From contig DUUO01000005.1 of the NCBI GenBank assembly GCA_012841525.1, forward strand, positions 129,247 through 193,246: a stretch of 64,000 nt of DNA, written 5' to 3'. Shown piece by piece: positions 37,495 through 49,200 of the stretch. Under the pieces are notes generated by a model. It was given only the letters and a program-made list of their open reading frames with translations, had not been told where the DNA came from and searched no databases. This DNA comes from Clostridiales bacterium. Its GTDB lineage: Bacteria; Bacillota; Clostridia; Christensenellales; DTU072. Every line of letters begins with the position of its first letter. The stretch's first letter is position 1. The translations under genes and the position numbers were made by a program.

Positions 37495-39681
37495 TTATTT
37501 CTTATTGTTTTTTGCTGTTTCTTTTAATTTCTTTGCTGTTTCTTCATCTAATAAATCAGCAAGGGTTGCACCCATAGATTCACTACTAATATATTCATTG
37601 CTTTCTGTTTGTTGATTCTTTTTGTGTTTAGAATTTTCTTTAGTAGATTTGGAAAATTTTTCTGCTGGCTCTTTGCTTGGTGCTGCTTGCTTTATGCTAA
37701 GTTTTACTTTATTAAAGCGCTCTGTTCCAATAACTTTTGCCTCTATTTCTTGTCCAACAGTTAATTCATCACTGATTGATTCAATAAATTTGTCAGCAAT
37801 TTCAGATATGTAGACAATTCCTTCATCTTCACTTAAATCTATTACTGCAAAGAAACCTTTTTCTGGTATTTCTTTTACAGTTCCTTTTACAATTGTCCCA
37901 ATTGGATATTTTTCAGCAAGAATTTCATGAGGACGCTTTTGAAGTTGCTTATAGCCTAATGAAACTCTATTGTTTTCTCTATCAAAGTTTAATACAACAA
38001 ATTCATAAACTTTCCCAATTTCTAGAACTTCTTCAGGTTTTTCAATTTTAGTCCAACTTAAGTCACCAATATGTGCTAAGCAATCATGACCATCTATCGA
38101 TACAAATGCACCAAATGGCTTATCATCTTTATAACCAAATCTTTTTACTTTACCTTCAAGAACATTGTTAACATCAATTTTTGCCCAAAAAGCCTCTTCT
38201 TTTGATGCTTTTTCTTCTTCTAAAATTAATTTTTGACTTGCAAAAATTGTTCTTTTCCTGGTATTTTTATTTTCGGAATCTTCTGGAGGCAAAATACGTA
38301 GTCTTAACTCTTTGCCGACATATTTGGTAATATCTTTAACATGTCTAAAGGTAATTTGGCTTGCAGGAACTAATATTGAATAATCCCCCATTTTTCCAAT
38401 CAAACATGAATTATTGGGGGTTGTTCTATGAAAAGTAAACTTAAAATCTTCACCTTGTAAAATTTTTTCTGCTTTTTCGTTTTCAATTTGTCTTTTATCG
38501 TATGCTTTTTTTGAAAAATAAAATTGTTGATTTTCATGCCTTAAAAAAACGGCTTTAATTATATCACCAGGTTTATATTTATCAGCATCATAATCTCCTT
38601 CCATTTCAACTTCATCTTTATCAATAAAACACATATCAGCTTTTCTATGTGTTTCTACTAAATTACAACGTAAACCTGTTTCATCTGCAAAAACAACCTC
38701 TACTTCTCTCATTTCGCCTGGTTTAATTGGCTTTTCAGATTCAGTTAGAGACTTTTCCATTAATTCAGCAAATTGCTCTTCTTTGCTTTTTTGTTCATTT
38801 ACATTTTGATCTTCTAGCTTTTGTTCTTCAGTCTTATTTAATTCACTCATTACCTTTATAACCTCCAACACCAACTCTTTGGGAGTAGATGCCCCCGACA
38901 ATATGCCGAGCGTTTTAATGCTTTCTTTATTCTTAACCGATTTTAAATCAGAAATTGTAGTAACAAAATATGTGTTCTTGCAAATTTTATTTGAAATTTC
39001 AAATAATTTAGTTGTATTACTACTTATTTTATCCCCAATAACGAGCACCGTATCAGCCTGATTTGCTATCTCCACAGCACTGTTTTGTCGTTCTTTTGTA
39101 GTATAACAAATACTATCTAATATGACAACTAATTTATTTTGAATATCTGCATTTTTAGATAAATTCTGTGCATATATTGTATGTTTATTATAATTATAAG
39201 ATGTTTGAGTAACTAAAAAAAACTTATCTGATTCACTTAAGAAATCAAAATTATCACTTTCATCAATAAACAATTTGTTTTTTATTAAACTTGAGAATCC
39301 TAATACTTCTGGATGCATAGGATTGCCTAAAATTAAAACTTTATATCCTTCCGCTTCTTTCTTTACTACTTCATCTCTAACAATCTGCACTTTAGGACAA
39401 GTTGCATCAATTATTTTGCATGATTTTTGATTTAAATAATCAATATTTTCCTTCGATTCTCCATGTGCTCTAATAACAACAACTGAATTATTAGGAATTT
39501 TCTCAATATCATTTACAAAAATTGCACCTTTTTTCTTTAAACTATCTACTACAAGTCTATTGTTTATTATTTCTCCTAACATATACACTTGTTTGTAAGT
39601 ATCAAGGGCATTATTTAATAATTCAATTGACCTTTCAACCCCTTTACAGAATCCAATAATTTTTTGAGTTAGAATTTTCAT
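37495..39681 (-). CDS. ispH: Fusion protein: 4-hydroxy-3-methylbut-2-enyl diphosphate reductase (IspH/LytB) N-terminal domain plus ribosomal protein S1-like repeats
   Basis: The IspH part carries GFCKGVERSI, IRAHG, DATCP and SSNT. It is followed by about four S1 OB-fold repeats (e.g. GKVKRFGYKDDKPFGAFVSIDGHDCLAHIGDLS) and a Lys-rich tail. The start is assigned to ATG 39681 (MKILTQK), 1 nt from the cmk stop; the track ORF extends to 39756. Confidence 0.85.
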   Translation of the reverse strand: MKILTQKIIGFCKGVERSIELLNNALDTYKQVYMLGEIINNRLVVDSLKKKGAIFVNDIEKIPNNSVVVIRAHGESKENIDYLNQKSCKIIDATCPKVQIVRDEVVKKEAEGYKVLILGNPMHPEVLGFSSLIKNKLFIDESDNFDFLSESDKFFLVTQTSYNYNKHTIYAQNLSKNADIQNKLVVILDSICYTTKERQNSAVEIANQADTVLVIGDKISSNTTKLFEISNKICKNTYFVTTISDLKSVKNKESIKTLGILSGASTPKELVLEVIKVMSELNKTEEQKLEDQNVNEQKSKEEQFAELMEKSLTESEKPIKPGEMREVEVVFADETGLRCNLVETHRKADMCFIDKDEVEMEGDYDADKYKPGDIIKAVFLRHENQQFYFSKKAYDKRQIENEKAEKILQGEDFKFTFHRTTPNNSCLIGKMGDYSILVPASQITFRHVKDITKYVGKELRLRILPPEDSENKNTRKRTIFASQKLILEEEKASKEEAFWAKIDVNNVLEGKVKRFGYKDDKPFGAFVSIDGHDCLAHIGDLSWTKIEKPEEVLEIGKVYEFVVLNFDRENNRVSLGYKQLQKRPHEILAEKYPIGTIVKGTVKEIPEKGFFAVIDLSEDEGIVYISEIADKFIESISDELTVGQEIEAKVIGTERFNKVKLSIKQAAPSKEPAEKFSKSTKENSKHKKNQQTESNEYISSESMGATLADLLDEETAKKLKETAKNNKK

Positions 39682-39682
39682 A

Positions 39683-40348
39683 TTATTTAAAAAATTTAGA
39701 TGCCAAATTAACAGCTTGTTTGAAGGTATCTTCAATTGTGTTGTTTGATGTATCAATTTCTATAGCATCATCTGCTTTTTTTAATGGTGCAAAAGATCTA
39801 GTAGAATCTTGCAAATCTCTCGCTTTGATTTCATTTAATAGATCATCATATTCTACTTCAATACCATTTTGTGCTAACTCTTCTTTTCTTCTTTTAGCTC
39901 TCACTTCAGGCGTTGCTATTAAAAATATTTTAAGTGCTGCACTTGGCAAAACATAAGTTCCAATATCTCTACCATCTAACACACAATCATTTTGAGATGC
40001 AATTTTTCGTTGCATTTCTACTAGTTTTTTTCTCACTAATTTAATTTTAGATACAGTAGATGCGAGCATGCTTATTTCATTTGCTCTAATATCTTTTGAT
40101 ACATCTACTCCGTCTAAAAAAACATGTTGTGCTGAATTAATATATTTAATTTCCAAATTAACTTTATTCAAATGTTCTACAACCAGCTTTTCATTGTTTA
40201 CATCAATATTATTTTGCTTCATCGCCAATGCTATTGTGCGATACATGGCTCCTGTATCTAAGTACAATATATTAAATTCTTTAGCAATATTTTTTGCCAG
40301 TGTGCTTTTTCCTGAACCAGCGGGTCCATCAATTGCTATGTTTATCAT
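39683..40348 (-). CDS. cmk: Cytidylate kinase
   Basis: P-loop IDGPAGSGKST with the (d)CMP-binding motif DGRDIGT. The ATG at 40348 lies 9 nt after GGAGGAG; the track ORF starts at a TTG at 40366. Confidence 0.9.
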   Translation of the reverse strand: MINIAIDGPAGSGKSTLAKNIAKEFNILYLDTGAMYRTIALAMKQNNIDVNNEKLVVEHLNKVNLEIKYINSAQHVFLDGVDVSKDIRANEISMLASTVSKIKLVRKKLVEMQRKIASQNDCVLDGRDIGTYVLPSAALKIFLIATPEVRAKRRKEELAQNGIEVEYDDLLNEIKARDLQDSTRSFAPLKKADDAIEIDTSNNTIEDTFKQAVNLASKFFK

Positions 40349-40431
40349 AACTTTTATCTCCTCCAATATAATTATTATAAAATAAAAAAATTGTTAATAA
40401 ATTTGCATATTAAAGAGCAATATTTTGTTTG

Positions 40432-41655
40432 TTAAGTACCATTAATTTTTGCAGATGTGCCTGCTAAAAATCCAGTTGACATTGCTATTTGCATATTGTA
40501 CCCCCCTGTAAACGCATCGACATCAATCATTTCTCCTGCAAAAAACAAATTAGGTATTAATTTGCTTTCCATAGTTCTGGGATCAATATATTTTATGTCA
40601 ACACCACCAGATGTGATTATTGCTTTATCTATTGACTCCAATTCTATCAATTTGAAATTCAAATGCTTTAGCAAGTCTATTATATTTATTCTTTCTTCTT
40701 TAGTGAGTTGATTTATTGGCTTTTCTAAATTAATTTTACTTTTGGTAATAATATATGGAATTAATTTTTTTGGTAATAATGCATCTAAAGAATTTTTAAA
40801 CATTTTATTAGAATTTAGTTGAAAATCTTTTAAAAGTCTTTGATCAAGTTTTTCTCTAGTTAAACCTGGTTTTAAATCAATGTATGCATCTAGATTTTTA
40901 ATATCTTCTTTATTAATAATAGATGATGCTTTTATAACCAATGGTCCTGATAGACCTATGTGCGTAAATAATAACTCACCAATTTCAGAAAACAAAATTT
41001 TGTTTTTTTTCTCAATAACAAATTTTACATTTTTTAAACTTAATCCTACAGGGAAGTTTTTTTCAATAACTGTTTTAATCCCAACTAATCCTGGCCTTAA
41101 AACAGATATTTTGTGCCCAAGCTCTTTTGCGATATTAAAACCAAGACCATCTGAACCAGTTTTAGAATAAGAAAGCCCCCCTGTTGCCATTATAACTTTA
41201 TCATACCTATCTTCATAATTATTGTTGATAAAAAAACCATTATTTACATTTTCTATTTTGTTTACTTTAAAGTTATAACAAATTTTAACTGACATTTTTT
41301 TTAAATAATTTTCTAAAAACTTTACCACATCTAAACTTTTTTCAGTTTTAGGAAAAACTCTGTTACCTCGCTGAACCACTAATGGAAGGCCGTTTTCCTC
41401 AAAAAAATTATAAGTATCACTAGGAGAAAATTTAGATAATGCACTATATAAAAATTTAGGATTAGTTGTTATGTTTGACATAAAATCTTGTACTGGAGAT
41501 AAATTTGTTAAATTACATCTACCTTTGCCTGTAATTAACATTTTATAACCTAAATTGTTATTGCGTTCAAACAATACAACTTGATTTGTTGAATCTTTTG
41601 AAAATATTGCTGCAAATATGCCAGCAGGTCCTCCTCCAATAACTGCTATCTTCAT
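40432..41655 (-). CDS. NAD(P)/FAD-dependent oxidoreductase, HI0933/YhiN (BaiN-like) family
   Basis: 407 aa with the N-terminal dinucleotide-binding motif IAVIGGGPAGIFAA, TGKGRCNLTN and a C-terminal GGYNMQ. Confidence 0.75.
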   Translation of the reverse strand: MKIAVIGGGPAGIFAAIFSKDSTNQVVLFERNNNLGYKMLITGKGRCNLTNLSPVQDFMSNITTNPKFLYSALSKFSPSDTYNFFEENGLPLVVQRGNRVFPKTEKSLDVVKFLENYLKKMSVKICYNFKVNKIENVNNGFFINNNYEDRYDKVIMATGGLSYSKTGSDGLGFNIAKELGHKISVLRPGLVGIKTVIEKNFPVGLSLKNVKFVIEKKNKILFSEIGELLFTHIGLSGPLVIKASSIINKEDIKNLDAYIDLKPGLTREKLDQRLLKDFQLNSNKMFKNSLDALLPKKLIPYIITKSKINLEKPINQLTKEERINIIDLLKHLNFKLIELESIDKAIITSGGVDIKYIDPRTMESKLIPNLFFAGEMIDVDAFTGGYNMQIAMSTGFLAGTSAKINGT

Positions 41656-41743
41656 TTTAATCCATATAATAATGTTGTGTGATTTTAACCAATAAAAATG
41701 GTTAACAACATTAATTTGTCATTATCTATTTTGAATTATCATT

Positions 41744-42490
41744 TTAATTAGTAATTTTGCTATTTAAATATGAAATTCTAGCTTTTGCCGAAGCATCTGC
41801 AAAAAGTGGAGTTATTGTTGTATAACCTTGATTATACCAATACACATCCGTATCTTCTTTATTTTCAATGTTAATCGGATGACCTATTAATGTATATGAA
41901 TACAAATTATTATCATCTTTTCTTATTAGATATATATCACAAAATTTTCTCACACCAAGTGAAACTATTTTATGACCCTTGTTTCCTATTGATGGAGGAT
42001 TTATGTTAACTGAAATACAATATGTTTGTGAGACTAGTTTTAAATAAAAAGGTAAATTTTCAATAAAATAATTGGTTACATATTCAAAATCTTCCTCTTT
42101 TTCTATTTCTGAAGAAACTGCAATAGCCTTTAACCCTTCTAATGATGCTTCCATTGCAGCACTAACAGTGCCAGAATATGCAACATCGGTTCCTAGGTTT
42201 GCTTGATCGTTAATCCCTGATATAACTAAATCAGGTGGATTCCCTGCCATTAATGAAAGACCAATTTTAACACAATCTGCAGGAGTGCCTGAGGTAGCAT
42301 AGCAATCAAAAAATTCATTTTCAATTTTTTGAAGAGTTACTGGTTTGTTGAAAGTCATTGCATGAGACATTCCACTGCTGCATTTTTGCGGTGCAACCAC
42401 TGTTACTTTATGATTTTTACTTAGCTTCTTGGCTAGACTTAAAATACCTATTGATTTATATCCATCATCATTAACTAATAAAATATTCAT
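41744..42490 (-). CDS. surE: 5'/3'-nucleotidase SurE
   Basis: 248 aa with MNILLVNDDG, SGIN, GTDVAYSGTV and MEA motifs. Confidence 0.9.
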   Translation of the reverse strand: MNILLVNDDGYKSIGILSLAKKLSKNHKVTVVAPQKCSSGMSHAMTFNKPVTLQKIENEFFDCYATSGTPADCVKIGLSLMAGNPPDLVISGINDQANLGTDVAYSGTVSAAMEASLEGLKAIAVSSEIEKEEDFEYVTNYFIENLPFYLKLVSQTYCISVNINPPSIGNKGHKIVSLGVRKFCDIYLIRKDDNNLYSYTLIGHPINIENKEDTDVYWYNQGYTTITPLFADASAKARISYLNSKITN

Positions 42491-42555
42491 ATGTTTCTCC
42501 TAAATATTCAATGATTCCTTCATATGTTTTTTGACAAAATAGTGTACAAACTTTT

Positions 42556-43263
42556 TTAATTTATATCTTTTAATAATTTTATTTCTTTAGGCGTAAGATA
42601 TCTTGATTTTCCTCTAGGAAGCCCGCCAAGTTTTATAGGACCAACTTCAGTTCGCTTTAAAAATAAAACTTCTTTACCTAAATATTCAAAAATTCGCCTT
42701 ACTATTCTATTTCTCCCTTCTATAATTGATATTGATATTTTGGACTTTTCTGGCGAAACAAATATTTTGTTTACATTGCTAACATTTACTATACCATCGT
42801 CTAAAACAATATCACTTGATAGTTTTTTTATATCTGTATCTGTTATTTCTCCTTTTACAGTTATTTCATAGCGTTTTGAGATCTGATATTTCGGATGCAT
42901 GATTATATTTGCTAAATGGCCATCGTTAGTCAACAGCAAAAGACCTTCAGTATCATAATCTAATCTACCAATAGGAAATAAGCGTTTATTTTTGAGATTC
43001 AAATAATCATAAATAGTTTTCCTACCTTTGTCATCAGAAACTGTTGTAACACAGCCTTTTGGCTTATGAAACATTAGATAAGAAAAACTTTCGTTTAATT
43101 TGGTAATTTTACCATTAACTAAAACTTTATCATGTTCTTGGACAATGTACGACAAATCTGACAATACTTTTCCATTGACGACAACTTTTCCGTTTTTTAC
43201 TAATTCTTCAGCTTTGCGCCTTGATGTTATTCCACTTTGTGCAATAAATCTGTTAATTCTCAT
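42556..43263 (-). CDS. rluB: Pseudouridine synthase, RsuA/RluB family
   Basis: 235 aa. N-terminal S4 domain (RINRFIAQSGITSRRKAEELV) and the catalytic motif GRLDYDTEGLLLLTNDG. Confidence 0.85.
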   Translation of the reverse strand: MRINRFIAQSGITSRRKAEELVKNGKVVVNGKVLSDLSYIVQEHDKVLVNGKITKLNESFSYLMFHKPKGCVTTVSDDKGRKTIYDYLNLKNKRLFPIGRLDYDTEGLLLLTNDGHLANIIMHPKYQISKRYEITVKGEITDTDIKKLSSDIVLDDGIVNVSNVNKIFVSPEKSKISISIIEGRNRIVRRIFEYLGKEVLFLKRTEVGPIKLGGLPRGKSRYLTPKEIKLLKDIN

Positions 43264-43274
43264 TTAATAACACC

Positions 43275-46200
43275 CTATTTTTTTCTTCTAATTGCTTTTC
43301 TTAAAATTCTTTTACGTGCAAAAAACGAAAAAACTAAAATAATTACAGTTAATCCTAATACTCCACCAATAACAATATATGGCAAATTAGCACTTTTAAC
43401 ATTTGTTTGTCCACTTGATGTAACGTTGTAAGTAATCTTTTCTTCTTTGAAAACAAAATCATAGTTTTGAGCTTGTCCAACTTGTGGAATTGCAATATTT
43501 TCACCTAATTTTGATTGAGAAATTATAACTACAGGTTCTTTTTCTAAACTTGTAACATCATCATTTCCAAAAAATCCTTCATATTCTATTATAAATCTAG
43601 GCTTTTCTGATATAACAGTATCATCTATTTTTACTACTACAGTTAAATTTGCTTTTTTAACTCTAAAATTCAAACTACTTACTCCAGTGATAGTATAATT
43701 AGGATCTCTTGATGATACAACAACACTATAGTCACCAGCATCTTTTACTTCATTTGGACTAAATACTTTATAAGGCTTAAACAAGTCATCTTCCATTGCA
43801 CCATTTACTGTAATTAGAATGTTTTCTTTTTGGTCTTTGCCATTATACACAATGTTGTCATAATTAGAAAATGATATTGTTACTGCTTTTGGTTTTATAA
43901 CAAGTTTTCTTGTTTGAGTTGCAGCATTATAATTCGTGTTTTCTTCAAATTTAGCATATACTATATGATTTTCACCTGCTGGTGCATAAAGTAAATTTTG
44001 AGAATCAAAACTATAGGAAATAATTGCGTTTTCATTTAATCCAAAAGGACTTTTGGCTTTTGCTGTTATTTCAGTAAAACTACCATATTCTTGTCTAAAG
44101 TTTCCAGAAAATTCTATGATAGGATTTACTTTTTCAATAATTAAATTTGTTGCTGGGCCTTCTATTTCATAATCGCCTCTTTTTACAAAACTAGTAACTC
44201 TATATCTACCTGCATTAATTGGTGGTGTTGACTCCCCATCATAACTTAAATGTAGTGTTGCACCCTCAGCAAGCGATACACTTGCTTCTATTTCTTTAGG
44301 TTTGTTATCAAAACTTACAGTTTTTTCATTTAGAATTAAATCTCTATAAATAGGTAAAACTTTTGCTGGAATCGTTAACACATCAACTACATTTAATATG
44401 TAATTGTTTTCCAATTTATCTTCAGTGTCAGTAAAAATGCTTTTAAGTTTAATATTTCTTACTTGAACAGCATTTGGAGTAAGGTCATGACTTGGATAAA
44501 GCAATTCAGCAGAATAACCATCTATAAATAGCTTGTCAAGATCTGATTCTATTACATTTGTAAATTTATAATAACCACCTTGCGAAATATCTACATCAAC
44601 TGTGCCATCTTCGTATTTAACATACTCATTACCTGCTTGTATTCCAATATTTCTCTTTTGTATAATTAGCCTTGCTGTTATATTAGAGTTTGTAAAAATG
44701 TAATTTTGATCATTGTTTTCAACTTTAACTTTAATATTATATATACCAACATTTTTTATGTTCTCAATAGGAACAATATTTTCATTAATTTCTGTATATA
44801 AACTTATGTTAATATTTTGAGATTCAAGCGTTTCATTTCCTACTAAAGTAACTGGTTGAATATACAAATCAAAGTTATCGCCATAAATTGATTGTCTTTC
44901 GTCAACATTGAAAGCAACTTCTATTTCCTTTGCTAAAATTTCACCAGTTTGTTCAAGTTCATACTCACTTAATAAATCAAAGTTATTAGCATATCTATTG
45001 TCAACAAAATATTCTACAAATATAGTTTTATTGGCACCTGCATCTTTATTTGAAAATCTAGCACGTACTGACAAGCCTCTTAAAATGGCAACACTATCAA
45101 CAACTTCAGAGTTTTTCCATAAATTTTCTTCAATAATTACTTTGTCTGTACCATCGTAAATCTTATTAAGTGATAAATTTATTTCATATTTAGTTTTAAT
45201 CGGTCTTTTATCAATGTATAGGCGAACTTCAGAGTTAAGATCACTAACATAGTTTGTACTTTTCATGTTAATACTTAGCAAATAACCGTTATCATTAAAA
45301 TTAATGTGACCTTGTTCTAATTCACTTATAGAGGAATCATTCAAAGAAATATCAAAATATTGTCCCTTTTTTTCATATGAGTCATTTGCACTTCCATCGC
45401 CGACAGATTCTTCAGGGTTAATAATTTCTAAATAATCATAAATTTGTGACACATAGACATTATCACCATAGATAAAACGAAGAGCACCATCTTCTGGCGT
45501 ATCTATAGAGATTTTTTTAGGAAGTATTTGATATTTGTTTTCCATATTAACAGGATCAATTATTACTTCTATGTTTTTCTTATGTGGATGATCGTTGCCA
45601 TCTACTTTTTCCCAGTCATAACTTAGTAAGTCATAATAAGCAGCATTAGTAGCAATTGGAACCGTATATATTAAATTGAAAGTAATTTCAACGAAATTTG
45701 GCAAATTAACAGTTATTGTTTCTTTTAATTCTGGTGAAATATATGAACCATCATATTCTTTTGAAAATATTTTAGGATTAACATTATGCTTATATTTTAC
45801 AATTCTCACGCCATATTCATTAGAAGCAACTAAATTTATTTCATAATTATCATTTGATGATGTTGCTGTTTTGAAAGGATATATTCCATTATTTTCTGTT
45901 CTAACATCTTCACCTGGCTCTCTGGTGAGTGTAACTGTTATATCTTCAAAAATTGAACCGTGAGTTACTCTATGGACATAAGAATAAGAAAGATCAGACA
46001 TTCCAAACTCTTGAACTATTTCTCTATTTAGCGGTGTATACTGAATAGTCATCTTTTTAATTTCAAAGATTTTTTGAATATCAACACTTTCAAAAAATTT
46101 GTAATTTACATTTGTAATTGATAATTCTATTCTATATAGTCCAGCATTTTTTATTTCAGATACATCTATTTGTATCTCTTCTTGCTCCAATAGTTTTTTA

Positions 46201-49200
46201 TAATAAGCTGTTATGCCGAAAATATTATCAGAGCCAATAATATCTTGAGAGCTTGGAGTTATTTCTCTTACTTGAGCATTATAAGGAATTCCGTCTGCTA
46301 CTCCTTGTCCCCAAGATATATTTGAAATTGTTTTTTTCGTAATTTGAAAATAAAATATTTTATTGATGTTTTCATCCAAAACATAATTTGTTAGAGTTCC
46401 CTCTAAATCATCAATTTTTGCAACATATTCTCCTGCGTCCACAATGCTGGTAATAAATGTTTCATTACCATCCATATCAATAGAATAAAAATTAGGCGAA
46501 AATTGAATGAGTGATAACTCTTCTTTCATTTTGTTTTTTGCCTCAAGCGAGGCATTGTTATCTATTGGTATTTCTAATTTTGTTCCAATGTTCAAAGACT
46601 CTGCATTATATTCCCATGAACTTTGACCATCTGGTATTTTTTCGCCATCTTTTGTAAATACAGATGTAATTGTGGTTTTTAAAATTTCAAACTCAAAAAA
46701 TCTTTTGCTAACTTCAACGGTATAATTGGATGCTCTTTCATTGCTAGAAGTTGGTAAACTTACTTCTAGTCTATATCGACCAGCATCGCGCACGCTTATT
46801 AATACATCTGAATATACACCTTGACTAATTACACGTCTAAATTGTCTTATATACCAACTAGGTAATGAATCTTTATCAATTTCTGGAATTGAAGATGATG
46901 AGTTTTCTATAATTATTTGATCTTTTTTATCCAATGTATCATAAATAATTTCTCCACCATTAATGCTAAAATCAGGAGAAACAACTAATTTTTCAATGTA
47001 AAACTCTTGATAAATTGTTTCATCAATTAATTTATAATTATTTGATGCGGTTCCAATTAAGTTTGCTTTTGCAAAATATTTACTTGCATTAATTAAATTT
47101 TCTGGTGAAATGCTTGTACCTTGTTTTGTTAATTTGGTATATGATAATGATATGCTGATTTTAGTATCATCATTTTTATCATTTTCGCCTAGTTGATTTT
47201 CATCAGTAAAATTACAATTAATTGTTTTAACATTGTCATCAAAAACTAAATTAGTATAATTAGAAAAAGTGACACTGACATCTTTTTTCTTTATATCAAA
47301 ATAAAAAGCTTCTGATATTAATTCATAATTTGCATTATTTGGATCTTCTGGATTAAGAGAATTTTCTACATAATATGAGCCACTATTTACAACTTCATTT
47401 TCCGTAATTTCTGAATAGTTAGATTCTCCATCAGCTTTGTAAAAATATGATAAAACAACACTTGCTGGAAAAGATGATAGACTCTTACCTATTTCAAATG
47501 TTATATTTTCCTTCAAATTAAAACTGTTGTAAACATATTCCCTGTTACCTGTATATGTAAAACTCAACGCTCTCTTAGTTATATCAAAATTAACATCCTT
47601 TTCACCAGTATAATTACCATTTCCAATAATTTTAACTATTGCTTCTCCCACATTAACATTGTCGGAGTATGTTAAATTGTAATCTACCAATAAATATAAT
47701 GTCTCAATGATGTTATTTCCTTTTTTTAATCTAACATTAACATTTGGTGTAATTGCTTCTCCTCTAAATTCTTGAGGCAAAATTCTAGAAATTTCAATGC
47801 TTGGCATATCAGAATAAATCGCAGATAAATCATATGGAATAACATTAATTTTAACTTCATTTCCTACAGGTGCTCCATCTTCCCAAATTTCAGGTTTATA
47901 GTTATTGCTGCTACTACCTGTAATTATTACAGTACCTTCATACTGACCTACATTAGTAATTTCACTATGATTAGGAATAGAAATTTCAACAGAAACATTT
48001 TGTAAGTCTGAATTTTCAATGCCTGATCTTTCATAAGTTATTTTGCTTTTAATATCTTCTCCTCTATAAACAAATTCTTTCTGAGGAATCGTTATTTTTA
48101 TGGTTTTAGGTTTAACATTAAAAACAAATTCACTTGATGGCATTTTAATTTTGAAGTTAGGATTAACGCTAGTATATGTCGGTGAAATTTTATATGTTCC
48201 AACATCTTTTACTGAATTTACTATTAAATCATCAACATAATAATTTAAATTTACCTTATTTAATTCTGCTCTTGTAAGCCTTGGCTCTTCGTCTGTAACT
48301 TGAACAGCGTTAATAAATGGTTTTAAGTCAGTTGCATTATATGTCAATTCTGAAAATAATGCTTCATTGAATTTATACGCTAAAGTAAAAGCAAATTTTT
48401 CAATTGATATGTTTGCAGTTTTTGTACTTGCATTGATTATATAATTTTGAAATTCCTTCGTCGTCCCTTGTCCTGTGGTTTCTTTTACGACTAGGCTTGC
48501 TTCTACTTTATAAGTTATTGCATCACGAAAATCAGATACTTCATTTGTTGCAGCTTTTCTGAATATATATGTCCACTCAAGCTCTCTTTGGCCAGATTTA
48601 TCTCTATTATATATATCTTCACTTGAATTTGTAACAGCATAATTTTGTTCATTTCCGTTATATACTAAGGGAATATAATCACTAGATAAAATATCAATTC
48701 CATTAATTTCCCATACAACATCTATTACTTTTGCTACTACTCTAAACATTTTACCTCTAGAAGTTATTTCAAATCCTTCTCTCAATTCATAATTGTTACT
48801 ATCAGACCCACTTAATGTAAGTCTAAAATAGTATGTTCCTACATCAACTGCATCAACTGCAATGGTATCGTTAGAATTGTTGGATAAATAACTTTTAGAT
48901 GATAGTGAGACATCCTCATTACTGACAACTCCACTTGGCTCTACTTGTGGAATTATAGGTGCACCTATGTAATTATAACTATATGCTCCATCGTCTCCTA
49001 ATTGACCAAGAGAATCTTCAGAATATACAAAATCAAGTTTTCTTTTTGTTATTTTACCAGAAGTAAAACGCATTTCATTTGTTGTGGTTTTATAGTTTAC
49101 ATAATCTAATGACATTGTTCCATTTACATCTACTCCACACAATGTAATTCCTGTGATTGTAATTTCTTTATTATCTCCTACACTCTTATCAGAAAATTCT

